This document shows, piece after piece, positions 10,706-22,264 of a stretch of 64,000 nucleotides of DNA. The position numbers and the translations under genes are program-made. The DNA lies in the NCBI GenBank assembly GCA_025558095.1, contig JAIVFI010000002.1, forward strand, positions 62,001 through 126,000, given 5' to 3'. The stretch is from Hyaloraphidium curvatum SAG 235-1. Taxonomy: Eukaryota > Fungi > Monoblepharomycota. The notes below the pieces were generated by a model. The model ran no database searches and was not told the origin of the DNA. It was given only the letters and a program-made list of their open reading frames with translations. Within the stretch, counting starts at the first letter, position 1. Each line of letters begins with the position of its first letter.

Positions 10706-11344
10706 CGAGGCTCTCCATTCATTCGTTGGCCAGCTTTCTTTTGGCGGCATCGACGGCTTCCGTCCTGGACGTGTCTTGTCCTGGCTCGGCCTCGCCTGAG
10801 CGTGAGCTCGGAATGAGCGCTGCGTTGAGCCGATCCACGACCGAGCCCCATGGCCCGACATGCTCCTGCCCTCCGCTCCGAAATCCGCCACAGGTGGCCG
10901 CGGGAGCGAGGTGATGGGACGTCGTGCTGTCCGCAGCCGCTCTGGATGGCAGCGGGCGCGGCACCAGGAGCCCGTGGGGCAGTCTTGCCCGTGCGCAGCC
11001 CGCGATGCCAGCTGCCTGCGCGCCCGTAATTTCCCCTATGCCCGGAGAACGGTGGCGGCCCGCCCCCAATAAATCCGGATCGACCTCGTCTGCCGTGTCC
11101 TCATACTTACCTTGCCTCGTCGTGCCGGTGATCATGAAGGCTGGACGGCGGTGCGGGAGGTCCGGCATTGCACAACCGTCGGAAAGCCCGTGCTGGACTG
11201 GGCTTCGGCTCAGAGCCGGGGCGCATTTTTTACCCCCGGGTAGGCGGGGTTCGCCTCGTCCACCTGGCATCAATGAAGCAAAGACGGAAACGAATGAAGG
11301 GGTTCCTTCGGGCCGCGTCGGGGCCGCCGCCGCCGGATGGCGAA
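10610..11344 (+). repeat. 735-bp direct repeat, copy B (native context: overlaps the end of the Deg gene)
   Basis: Near-identical to 5358-6092. Confidence 0.95.
11103..11268 (+). ncRNA. U1: U1 spliceosomal snRNA, copy B
   Basis: Same sequence and structural elements as 5851-6016. Confidence 0.95.
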
Positions 11345-11611
11345 CGAAGTCGCTTTGAAACGATCAAGACCACGGAAAGAAATGAGACGTCATATCCATG
11401 CTCGGTGTGCTGGCAGCGGAGCCGCACGCGCGGCTGGTCATTTGGGGCCCGAATGTCGACCGGTTGGTCCGCTCCGCGAAGCAACGTTGAGCTTGCACAA
11501 GCGAACTCTGGAGCGAGGTTCCTGACGCATGAACCGATAGCGAGAAGGTCGCGACGTGGAGCGGACGATGCAGCACCCGGCAGTCCCTTGAAGTGAAGCC
11601 GGTGTAAACGG

Positions 11612-12764
11612 ATGTCTCTCTCCCCGACTCCGTTGCCGCCTTTCGCGGCCCATTTGTTGTCTCTCGGCGCCGATCCCGTTGGCTTTGACATCGATGCGTC
11701 GGCAGCACACCGGCTGGACGCCTCGCGGCCCTTGTGCCCGGCCCTGATCCACCCGGATCGCGTCTCCCGCTTCATTTCCCGTGCCGGGCCCGAGGAACAA
11801 AATAGCGCAATCCTATGTAATAAAGGGCTCATGGGTGGTGGCGGAGGTGCCACCCTACACGGCGGGATGGGGATGGTACTGTCGGCAGCGTCGGCGGAGA
11901 GTACCGCATCGAGGTCGTTGGGACAGGCCGTTTCGCTGCGATCCATTACCGTGGACTACAAGGGCCCTGTTCCGCTTCCGGCTTGGTTGATTGGCGAGGG
12001 ACGGACGATCTCGAGCGGGGAGCACGAGGTCGTGGGGGAAGGGCTGCTTCGCCTGCCGGACAAGGACGTCGCGCTCGTTCGCAGCACGGCAACTTGGGTG
12101 CCGGCGCGGGACATTCCATCTTCCAGCTTTGTTCACGGATACGCTCCGGAACTCCCCACAGGACTCGAACGTCTGATTCAATCTGCGGGGCCTGCGAATC
12201 ATGATTATTCCTCCTCCGAGCTGGTTGTGATCTCGAACCTTACTCCACCGACGGCTTCCCACCGTTTTGATCACCCCGCCCGAATCCACTTCATTTGGAA
12301 GACGCTTTACGCGCCGGGCCAGCTCGAGCGGTCTTTCGAAACATTGAGCCAGGACGGTCATGGCGAAAGCTGGTACGAATTTCGGAACGCGGATGGGTGC
12401 CTTTCGCGGAACACGGCAGCTGTGGACACTGGAATTCTCTTTTCCATTGTCGAGTGAGTCCTCCTTGAGCGACATGTGCTGCTCGGACAGAGTTGGCTAA
12501 CGTTAATTCCGCTCTCACAGCTTTTCAATGTCGAACTTTGCCAGGGTCGTCGGTCAAGGCTTGACCGTCACGGCGACCCTGACTTTCGAGCCCGCTCCTG
12601 CCGCAGCCCAGTTTGTCTCCGGCTGGATCCAGGTCGTGCACAAGTGCGCCAAGGCGGATGGGCGGAAGCTGTTCCTGGAGAGCACTGCGCGCGACGGACA
12701 AGGCAATCTAATTGCGACTGGCAAAGGCCTGTGGATAAGGATCGGGCCGTTGCCTAAGCTATAG
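11612..12764 (+). CDS. Tandem hotdog-fold thioesterase (PaaI/THEM4-like), PTS1-like -PKL
   Basis: LHGG motif; ITVDYKGPVPL; intron 12454-12520 gives GILFSIVDFSM; second hotdog ends GRKLFLES...IATGKGLWIRIGPLPKL*. Confidence 0.7.
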
Positions 12765-13017
12765 AGCTGTCCTCGCGCCCTTCCCTGTTTCTCCTGCCTC
12801 GTCCGGATGGCAAACGCCAAGACGGCCATCCTTGGGACTGATATCAAGGGAGACTGATTCCAGGTTCCCGCTCTGCTACACCGTGCTATGCTGTGCCAGC
12901 GCAAGGACCTCTGCGCCCTGAGCCGACCGTATTGTTGCGGGGGCTGTGCTCGATCCGCACAAATCTTCGGTCTCCCACGGCAGCGCGTCCTCCTCAGCTC
13001 GGCATCGGCACGCCGCC

Positions 13018-15950
13018 ATGCGTGCCGCTCTGCTGCTGCTCGCGCTCGGCGAACTGCTCGTGCCGGCCCTTTCCGCTCCCGCGCGGCGCTCGGAGCCTCG
13101 CTACCGTCCCTCGCCTCGCTTCGAACCCGTCCGGTCCTACGGCTTCAATCGGCAGGCCGAGGTGGGCATTCTCACGCTCTTCTCTAGTGAAGGCGACATT
13201 CGAACCGAATGCGGCAGTTCCACCGGCTGCACGTCGACCTCCTGTCGCCCACGCCCGAGTTCGACATAGCTGCCCTCAGAAAGAGGCAGGACGAGGGAGC
13301 CGGCCACGATGAGCCTTCGTCCGGTACGTTCACCCGCTTCACGTACGAGTTACGGTGCCGGCTAACGCGTTTCTCCAATCCGTGCAGCCAACAGCACCGA
13401 GCTTCTGGCTGCCGAACAGGCCGTGTACGACTACTTTGTTCGCGTGTATGCCTATCTGGATCCCGAGGTCGACGCATACGTCTACGACGCGCACATCGAC
13501 GCCAAGGGCCTTTCCTTCGTCTAGTGGGTGAAAAATGCAGGCGCGATCGGGCCGAAGTGGCTAACGCGACCGTACTTCCAGCATCGTCCAGCTAGTCAAC
13601 GGCATCGTGATCACCAACCGCGAAGCCTCCGCCACCGTCTACAACGGCACGGTGATCTCGTCGGCCGGCAACCTCCTCACGCAGGCCCAGACCGAGGCCG
13701 CGAAGCGTCTGTCCACGGCGCCGCGCAACTCCCCGGCCGATGCTGCAAAGGCCGTGATGGCGCAGCAGTACGCCGAAGCCAACGAGACCTTCCCTTCCAA
13801 CGTCGGCCTGCAGGTCGATTCGGAGTTTGACGCGGGGGACAACGCGACATATTACTACGTCACGGGCGTGGGCGAGCTGGGGTACACCGAGCCCATTTGG
13901 GCGGAGCTGGAGTTTTGGTACGTGACTTGCGCTCTGCTCGCTGCATGAGCTGAGGCTGCTTGGCGTTTCCAGGGCATTTGAGAACGGGACGTTGGACTTG
14001 AGCTGGTACCTGGACGTCGAAGACGATTACGGAACGTGCGGATTTGGACGTCGACGCCCGCCTGCCCGCGAAACTCATCTTGCCGCCTCCCCCAGCTGGA
14101 CGGGCTACGTCGTCTCGGCCTCGACCACCAACGCGACCACGCCGAGGATCCACGCCGTCGTCAGCTACGAGACCAACGCGGCCTCTAGCGTCTATCTGTC
14201 ATTCCCGCCGAACGGCACGTTCGATCCCCTGACCGTCCCGCCGGCGCGCTACACCGAAGGTGCCGTGGCGAACGCCGTCGCAAGTCCGCAGGGGTGGACC
14301 GGCGACGCCGTACCCGTCACCAGCGGGAACAACGTCAGGGTCATGTGGACGCCCGAGGGGCTCCTGGTGGGTTCTCGGTCGCTTCGAAGGGGCTCATCTC
14401 CGCAGACCTGACGCGCGAGCCTGCGAGTGCAGGAGCCTGCTGTCGACAACGTGGCCTCCGACTTTGTCGTTCCCTACAGCGTACAGAGTCCAGTGTCTCC
14501 AGAATCTGTCAATTCGTCGCTCAGCATGCTCTTCTTCTACACGAACTGTGGGACTCGCCTTCGGACAGGGCGCTGAGCGTCATCCTCACCTGCATGCCGC
14601 AGACATCCACGACATGACCTACATCTACGGATTCGACGAGGCCTCGGGCAACTTCCAGGAGAGCAACTTTGGCCGCACAGCATTTGGAGAGAAGGATCGC
14701 ATAAATGCCCTCGCCCAGGTGCGACCCGGCCCGGATGCCTGCCGCCCGCGTTGATCTGACCCATTCCGCAGTTCGGCTCCCTGGCATGCCCCCTCCGGTT
14801 CAAGGAGCGAGGCGGCTGCATGAACAACGCCAACTTCGCCACTCCGCCCGACGGCAAGAAGCCTGTAATGCGGTATTACTTATTTGACGTCAGCGGCACG
14901 GTGCGCGACTCGACCATCGACAGGGAGGTCATCGCCCATGAGATCATGCACGGGATCAGCAACCGGCTCACCGGGGGCAGGCGGGACGGGGCCTGCCTCG
15001 AGACCCAGGTCAGCGGCGGGATGGGCGAGGGATGGGGGGACGTGCTGGGGCTGCTCACGGGGTTTACCGCGGCCAGCACGCCGGCGGACGACAGGCTGAT
15101 GGGGGCGTTCCTGCTCGGGGGGAGGAGCATTCGGAGCTATCCGTACTCGACGAGCGGGGCGAAGAACCCGCTGCACTACGGGTCGCTCAACAACCCAGAG
15201 ATTGCGGACAAGGTGCACGCGATCGGGACCGTGTGGGCGTCGATGCTCTTTGAGGTGTACTGTGGGTGTCGTGACCTGTCCCGTGCGTATCCATCTTTTC
15301 TCACGATCCGCCGCCGGCAGGGCAAATGATGGGGCAGACCAACTCCTTCGGCGACCTCATGGATCCCAAGGCGACGGGCTCCAACAACGCCTTCATGCTG
15401 TACCTCATCACAGGCCTGAAGCTGCAGCCGTGCAACCCGACCTTTGTGCAAGCCCGCGACGGTGCGCCATTTGTCGTGGGGCGCATGCACACTCGCCAGC
15501 ATCTGACCGGGCTCTGCAGCCTTCCTCCTCGCAGACGCAACAGTCGGCAACAAGCTCTACCTGTGTTCCATCTGGCGCGGCTTCGCCAAGCGCGGCCTGG
15601 GCGTCAACGCCACCGGCACGGAGGAGCCCAACTGGCTGCACATCCCTTCGTGGGACGTGCCCGCCGGATGCACCGGGGTCGCGGAGGCCGACAAGGTCGG
15701 CGCGGCCACTTTCGTACGGCCCGGAGGGGCAGGGGTCGCCAAGCCGACGGACAATTCGGTGCCGAACATCTGCGGGAGCGCGGACTGCGGGAATCTGGGG
15801 AGCAGGACGACGGCGACCGTGACGAGGCCGACGACGGTGGCGACGGGGACGGGGGCGGCGACGAGCAGCAGGCCGTCCGCGGGGGAGAAGACGATTGCGA
15901 GGCCGTGGCTTGCCCTGGCGGCTGCGGCTTTCTCTCTGGCCGTGCTTTGA
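13018..15950 (+). CDS. Fungalysin (M36) metalloprotease, secreted, probably GPI-anchored; many introns
   Basis: Signal peptide MRAALLLLAL; YGFDEASGNFQESNFG; NNANFATPPDG; HEIMHGISNRLTGG; GGMGEGWGD; VHAIGTVWA; GLKLQPCNPTF; Ser/Thr stalk and hydrophobic tail. Confidence 0.92.
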
Positions 15951-16246
15951 GTAGGTTGGGCTGGGTTTGGAAACTGTGGCGGGCCTTTACGCAGATAGCT
16001 GGAGAATCGTGTGAAGGCCGAGCCGCGAGCCGGTAGAGTGGGGCGTGGAGGCGTGGTGACCGATCCGTTGTAGTTCTAGCTCCGCAGCGAGTAAATATCT
16101 TATGAATATGTGCCCGACGGCCTTGTTTCCTTACTCCTTCGCGCTCCAGATCGAGCCGATTTGTCTTTGGAGTCGGAACCGTCCGTCCCCGAGCACCGCA
16201 TAAACAACGGTAAACACGGACTCGGACCACTCATTCGCGCGGCACG

Positions 16247-17179
16247 ATGGCCTCTGCGACGCCGGCGGCCTCGCGGCGCGTGCAGCGGATCATCGCGCTC
16301 CCCGTCCTCTCGCTCCCTCCGAACCCCGAGGCCGCCCTGCTGCCCTATCCGCCGCGCCGCGTTGCGCTGCACGCGGCGTTCCTCCGCCCGCGGACGCCGC
16401 TCGAGCGCACCGCGATCCTCGCGGGCTTCGCGTCGCGGAGGTTGCGGTACCGCCTGTGGGATGCCGTGTGGGAGCCGTTCGAGGCGGTGGTTGGCGGGGC
16501 GGTGGCGAGGGGCGCCGCGGACCCCGTCACCGCGTGGACCTGGCGGATCGTGAACAGGGCGACAACGCGCAAGGGGGGTGCCGCCGAGTGGACGCTGAGG
16601 GGCATTGCCGACGGCACGGAGGAAATTGCCGTGCTTTACCCGACGTTGGAGGGCGAGGGCGTGGCGGCGAGCGTGCCGCCTCTTTCGGAACAAATCCCCT
16701 CGACGCTGCTCTCGCAGCACATGCTCCCTCTGCTCTCCCCCGCGCTGGCGAACCGGATCCGGACGCGGATGGCGCTAGCCGTGCTGCTGGCCCCGGCCTC
16801 GGTTCTGTTGGCCAAAGTGCTCCTGCCCGCCGCGCAGGCGCTGCTGGCCTACAACCTGTTCACGGCCGCGCAGTGCTGGCGGGCGCTGTCGGGCCGCGCC
16901 AAGCTGGAGGCGCTGTGGCGGGCGGGGAGGGTGCGCGTCGAGGGGTCGCCAGAGGCGGGTGAGGCCATCCGGCTCGGGCTGCTGGACCGGTGGGCGGTGG
17001 AGAAGGACGCCGGTGCGGAGCAGCCCACGTTCTCGTGGGGGGACCTGGACAAGGAGACGGTGGCGGACCTGGAAAAGAGCATGAAGCTCTACGAGCTCGG
17101 GCGGTCCTACGAGCGGTACCGCAGGGAGCTCCTGGTGCGGCCGGAGAGCCAACCAGCATCGACATCGAGCGGAGAATAG
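16247..17179 (+). CDS. Probable mitochondrial K+/H+ exchange-related protein (Mit_KHE1/YDL183C-like)
   Basis: Intact 310-aa ORF; EWTLRGI...IAVLYP...hydrophobic hairpin...WRALSG pattern recalls this family. Confidence 0.5.
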   Translation: MASATPAASRRVQRIIALPVLSLPPNPEAALLPYPPRRVALHAAFLRPRTPLERTAILAGFASRRLRYRLWDAVWEPFEAVVGGAVARGAADPVTAWTWRIVNRATTRKGGAAEWTLRGIADGTEEIAVLYPTLEGEGVAASVPPLSEQIPSTLLSQHMLPLLSPALANRIRTRMALAVLLAPASVLLAKVLLPAAQALLAYNLFTAAQCWRALSGRAKLEALWRAGRVRVEGSPEAGEAIRLGLLDRWAVEKDAGAEQPTFSWGDLDKETVADLEKSMKLYELGRSYERYRRELLVRPESQPASTSSGE

Positions 17180-17405
17180 AGTCCTCGCCGTTTTGCTCTG
17201 CCGCTTGATTTTGCCGCTCTTCCGTTCCGCGAACGAAGACGTACGTGAACGTCAGCAGGGCTCCCCGCCGCACGACCACGCCCGCTTCCAACCCCCTTCT
17301 ATTTGGACCGGGCGCGTCCCCTCTCCGCCCCTCCCGGTCTCGGCGGGCCGCTACTCCTGAACCTCTAAGGCCTTTCTAGGCCGGTCGTGGCGGCATTCCG
17401 GCGGA

Positions 17406-18702
17406 ATGCTGATCCACTTCACCGTGTTTTCGCGTTTGCCCGACGGGCTGCCCTTGGTTGCAACTATGGACACGTCCGAGGATGCCGACGTCGAACGGCT
17501 CAAGAAGGCCGTCAAGAACGTTCCCCGGCGCGCTGCGGCGGGTGGCGACGGGCGGCTGCCTCCGTGGGCGTCGGTTTCGGCGGGCGATTTCGCCGTGCAC
17601 TACGCGTCGCTGCCGGGCGAGGGCGCGCACCCGGCCGCGCTGTTCCTCGCCGTGTGCGACCGCAGCTATCCGCGGCTGCTGGCGTTCTCGTACCTGCAGG
17701 AGCTGGCAAAGGCGTTCCGCAGCGAGGTCGGCGGCGAGGAGGTCGCGGCCGCGGTGCGCCCGTACGCCTTCATCCGCTTCGGTGGGCCCGCAATCACAGT
17801 TAGCCGTGCTTGCTCCCTCTAACGCTTTTCCTGCCGTGCCAGAGTCCGCAATCCAGGCCACGCGGCGGCGCTACCTCAACACCCGCTCCCTGCGCACCGC
17901 CGACAACCTCGCCGAGCTCTCGACCGCGCTGCAGGGCGTCCCCGTGCTGCGGGCCGAGGACGCGCTGCCGGAGATGGGCCCCTCGAAATCGGCCGCGTCG
18001 AGGCCGCGGCTGAACGTGTCGCTCGGGTTCTCGTCGGTACTGCCGGGGCAAGCGTCGGTGGGGGAGCGGCAGCCGGCGCTGCTGCCCGGCCGCGCGTGGA
18101 CCTATTTTATGCTGGCCCTGGGGACCGTGGTCGGGCTGGTGGACTGGTGGTACGCGTCTTTGTGCCTGGATTACGCGCTTTCAGGCAACGCCCTGCGCGA
18201 TCTGCCCGTGGGTCGTTCCTCTCTGGTGCACTGTTCGCTTCTTGACCCCCCTACCCTCTTGCAGGACATCCCCGAGCCGCACCTCCCCCGGCTCCTGATG
18301 CCCACCTCCCTCCTCGTCCTCCTCCTCTGGACAACGCCCATCTTCTACGCCGTGGACCGCCTCCGCCCCCTCCCTTGGTTCCTCGCCCCCTCCCCCTGGG
18401 CCATCCTCGCCTACGCGCTCGCCTCGCTCGCCCAATCCTGGGCGCTGACGGACATGCCGCACCCCTCTTCGCCCGCGGACCCGGCGCGCGGGCTGCCGAG
18501 GGGGATGCTGGGGCTCAAGGTGGCCGTGGCCGCGCTGCTGCTGGCCACGGTCGCGTTCGGGCGGCAGCCCGGGGAGCCCAAGACACCCGTGCTGCCGAGG
18601 GGCATGCCGACGCCGACGAGGCAGGTGAGCGGGCACGCGCACGGGAAGAAGGGGTGGTTTGGAGGGCTGCTGGGCGGCGGCGGCGGGGGCAAGGGGGACT
18701 GA
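17406..18702 (+). CDS. Sec22-family longin protein lacking a SNARE core, multi-TM (SEC22A/C-like architecture)
   Basis: RLPDGLPL, CDRSYPRLLAFSYLQEL, RPYAFIRF; introns at 17782-17842 and about 18208-18264; about four hydrophobic segments follow. Confidence 0.8.
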
Positions 18703-18772
18703 TGTGGCCGGAATGAAAGGGCGGCAAACGATACCCATTCACGAATCTTGCGTTCCCCTTTCCCACCCACGA

Positions 18773-19792
18773 TCACACCTTGGGCCTCCCGTACATCCTC
18801 CTCGTCCGCTCCAGCACCTCCTCAGGTATCGCCCTCACCAGCGCGCTCTGCCTCCCAGTCGCAACCAGCTTCCCGTCGGCGTCCCAGAGGGCCACCTCGT
18901 ACTCGACCAGCTCCCCCCTGCGGAGCACCAGCATCGGCCGCGCGCGGAGAGCGGTCCCCGTGGGCGGCGCGAAGAAGCGCACGGCGAGGGAGAGCGACGA
19001 GTGCGGGGAGAACGTCTTCGGGGGGCGGGGTACGGAACCGCCGGGCATGAAGCGGATGCCGTAGTTCTGCGGCGCGAGTCAGAGCAGGGCATCGGCGGCA
19101 ACGGTGCGGCTTACCAGGGCGCCGATCAGGTCGGCGAAGCACACCACGGAGGGCACGTCGAGGGGCCGGTCGTCCGCCATCGAGATCCACGTGTCCGCGT
19201 CCTCGCCCAGCAGCAGGCGCTCGCGGCTTCCCACCGGCGACGCCCGCGCCTCGCTGATCTTACTCTTGGTGGCCTCGAAATCCGCGCGGGACGTGCGCAG
19301 CTTCATCTGGTTGATGAAGGGCGGCGGCGGGACGAACCACCCCGCGGCGCCGGACAGCGCCCACGCGTCCACCGCATCCCCCGGCTCGGGGGGCCGCGCC
19401 GCGCCCCGCGCATAATGCGGCAGCGTCTCCGCCTCCCCCGCGGCGGCCAGCGTGCCGAACGTCCCCAAACACGCGCCGAACTCGTCGCCGCCCGCCTCCC
19501 TCAAAACGCACGACGCCGTGCCGAACGATTTGCCCCTGCGGTGCGCGCGCACCTCGATCTCGACCTCCGCGTCGGCCTTTGGAGCGCCGAACAGCTCGAC
19601 GGTCACGCTAACGGCGTGCGGGTAGCTTTCCAAAGAGAGCTGCATCGCCTTGGCCGCGAGCGCCGCCGAGTAGCCCCCGAACGGGACGCCGCCGCCGCCG
19701 CTCCAGGACGGGTCGAGGCGGAGGGTGTAGAGGTCCGGGCGGGGGGAGCGGAGCGCGATGGAGGCGTCGAACGCGTGGGATTGGGGCGACAT
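18773..19792 (-). CDS. Acyl-CoA thioesterase-like double hotdog protein (TesB-like superfamily)
   Basis: W...PFGGY, HRRGKSF, CFADL, VALWDADGKLVATGRQ; one intron (gtaagc...gcag) near 19067-19114. Confidence 0.8.
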
Positions 19793-20068
19793 GTTTGGAC
19801 GGGCGGGCCGATCGGAAGCCGATCCCGCGGAAAGTGGGGAGGGAGCCTCCGAATCTTGCAGCCGGTTGTCCTAGCGAAAGAGTCCAACTGCGGTACAATC
19901 ATGGCAATCTCTATCGTCGGTCGTCGAAAACGGTCATGTACCCCGCCCCCGCCTCTTCCGAGGCCCCATAATGGAGCGCCACCGTATCCCCTTCGTCGAG
20001 GCACAAACAGCAAGTAATGGCAGCAAATCAGAATAATCTATGATCGGTATCGCAGCAGATCTACAGCT

Positions 20069-21957
20069 CTACAGCTCGAAGTGCTCCCAGTGCACCCCCA
20101 CGAGCCCCTTCTCGTCGCTCGCCCCCGCGCACCCGTTGCGCACGTCCCGCACCAGCATCGACGGCCCGCAAACGGCGACCGCCACGTCCCCCCTCGGATG
20201 CCGCGCCTTGACGTCGCGGAGCAGCTCCTCGGGCGTCGGCCGCGTCGGGAACACGTTTGCCCGCTCTGCCGGCAGCGCGTCCGCCGGCAGCGCGGCCTCG
20301 CGGGTGAGGAACACCCGCAGCACGGCCTTGCCCCCGCCCGCGGCGCGGAGGAGGTGCGCCTGGTGCCAGAACTTGAGGCACTCCCCCCGCAGCCACGCGT
20401 ACTCGCTCCACGTGCGGGCGTACCACATGAGGTACACCGCCCGGGTACGGAAGGCCAGGGTGGGCGCGCCGGGTTCGGGTGAGAGGGGGAGGCACATGCG
20501 GTTGAGGATGTCGCGGGCGATGGAGAGGAGCGGGGTGATGCCGATGCCGCCGCCGACGAGGGCGACGGCGGGGTGCGTGGAAAAGTCCAGCTTGGAGGAT
20601 CCGTGGAAGCCGTCCACGTGGAGGTGCGTCAATTTGCGCATGGCTTCGACGCCGGATTCCAGGAGGGCGTCCGGCGAGGAAGGCGCGGGGCCGCCGGCGG
20701 TACGGAGGTTCGAGGCGGCGGCGTAGAGGTCCGAGGTGAACCCGCCGGCGGCCTTGATGTGGAAGGCGAGCACGGTGCCGTCCGGGGTGTTGCCGTCGGG
20801 CAGCCGGTATATGCCGGTCGGCGAGTGCTTCCCCGTGAGGAGGTGCGCGTACTGCGAGCGCATGGCCACGTCCGGGGGCGACGAGACCGACATGGGGTAG
20901 TAGTCCAGGCCCGTGCCGATGCGCGGGAGGGAGAGGAATGCGTACTGCCCGGCTTCCCACTCGCGCGGCCGGCCCGAGCCGACCTTGACGATGAGGCGGG
21001 TGCATCCGCCCGCCTCCGAGGTGAGCGCGCGCACGTCCAGCACCTCGGTGCGGGCACGGGAGCGCACGAAGCGCACGGTGCGGTCGACGAGGTAGAGTGC
21101 CATGCCCATGCCGACGAACCATGCAAAGGCGACGCGGTGCAGGGCACCAAAGACCACAAAGGCGAGGAAGAGGAAGTGCGTGTAGTAAAATGCCCGGAAG
21201 AGCTTGCGGCGCACGGCGGGGAGAGACATGATCGAGAGCACCACCAGAGACGCCCAGCTGACCGTCGCAAAGGTGTTGTCGAGGGTGGCCATCATGCGCG
21301 CGAGCTGGCCGAACTGTGCGTAGTTCACCATGGAGCATGCGGCGTGCACGGTCATCTCGGCAAAGATGAACCAGCCGAACCAGCGGTGGAACACTAGCGT
21401 ACGCTCGAACGAGACGCCGGTGACGAAGGTGAGGATGGAGTTGCGGGTGGCGCCTGCGTCGGGGGGCCATTCAATTAGCTACGGTCCGCGAGTTCGGCCC
21501 GCCCGGCCAACCCACTCATAAAGATAAAGAATGCGTTGCCGCAGCCCACCCAGGCGGCCCGGTTGCCGACGGCGACCATGTCGAATACCATCTCCGGGTC
21601 GTCCGGCCACTGCACCGGCAGCAGCACCAGCAGGGCGTTGAGGAGGACCAGCCCCGACAGCATCAGGATCTCGCCGGTGCCCATCGAGGTGCCGAGCACG
21701 GAGGGCAGCGGCGGGATTGCCTGCAGCGTGCCGGCTTTGTGCACGGCGACTCTGGTGGTCGAGTGGGTTTTCTCGGATTCGGCGAGTGGGCGGCCATCTG
21801 CGACAGCGGCGACGTGCGCCGCCTTGTCGCCCGTGCGGCGCCAGTCGCGCACGCGGTCGGCGACGGACGCGGCGGCCACGACGGCCGCCAGCGAGATGGT
21901 GTAGACGGCGCCCGACGCCATCGCCGGCGTCATCTCGACGTTGGGCGTCCACGACAT
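20069..21957 (-). CDS. Ferric reductase / NOX-family transmembrane flavocytochrome
   Basis: ATRNS after splicing; heme His pairs FHRW...VH and THF...LH; GQYAFL; LVGGGIGITP; VCGP; C-terminal HWEHFEL. Confidence 0.9.
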
Positions 21958-22264
21958 CGCGGCGTCGCTCGGCGAGAGGAGCAGTGCTCAGTCTGAATGA
22001 GTTTGACCGTCGGCCACCGGCGGCCGGCCGTTCATATCCGCGGGGTGCTGATTTTCGGCCAGCTCAGCAAGGAAGCGGCGGCGGCTCGGCGGCGGCGTCC
22101 CTACGCCGATCGGGAGCGGTCGGCTCCAAAATTGCTGGGTCCGACTCACCAGCAAGCAAACCACCAGCAATGACCTGAAAACCGCACGTGCCGGCGGCCG
22201 ATCCTCACATCCCACAACCGCCCCTCTCCGAGCGCAGGCCGCGATTCGCCTCGCCCGCCGCAGG

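Noticed and set aside
5358-11344. LTR retrotransposon or composite transposon suggested by the long direct repeats
   Set aside because: No TG...CA termini, target-site duplication, primer-binding site or gag/pol/transposase; the repeat is explained by a U1 gene plus Deg tail.
15975-16000. U5 loop-1-like GCCTTTAC
   Set aside because: One T short of the invariant loop, with no supporting stems or Sm site.
18773-18790. C-terminal -PKV of the TesB-like thioesterase as a PTS1
   Set aside because: Two non-consensus positions; too weak to claim without a test.
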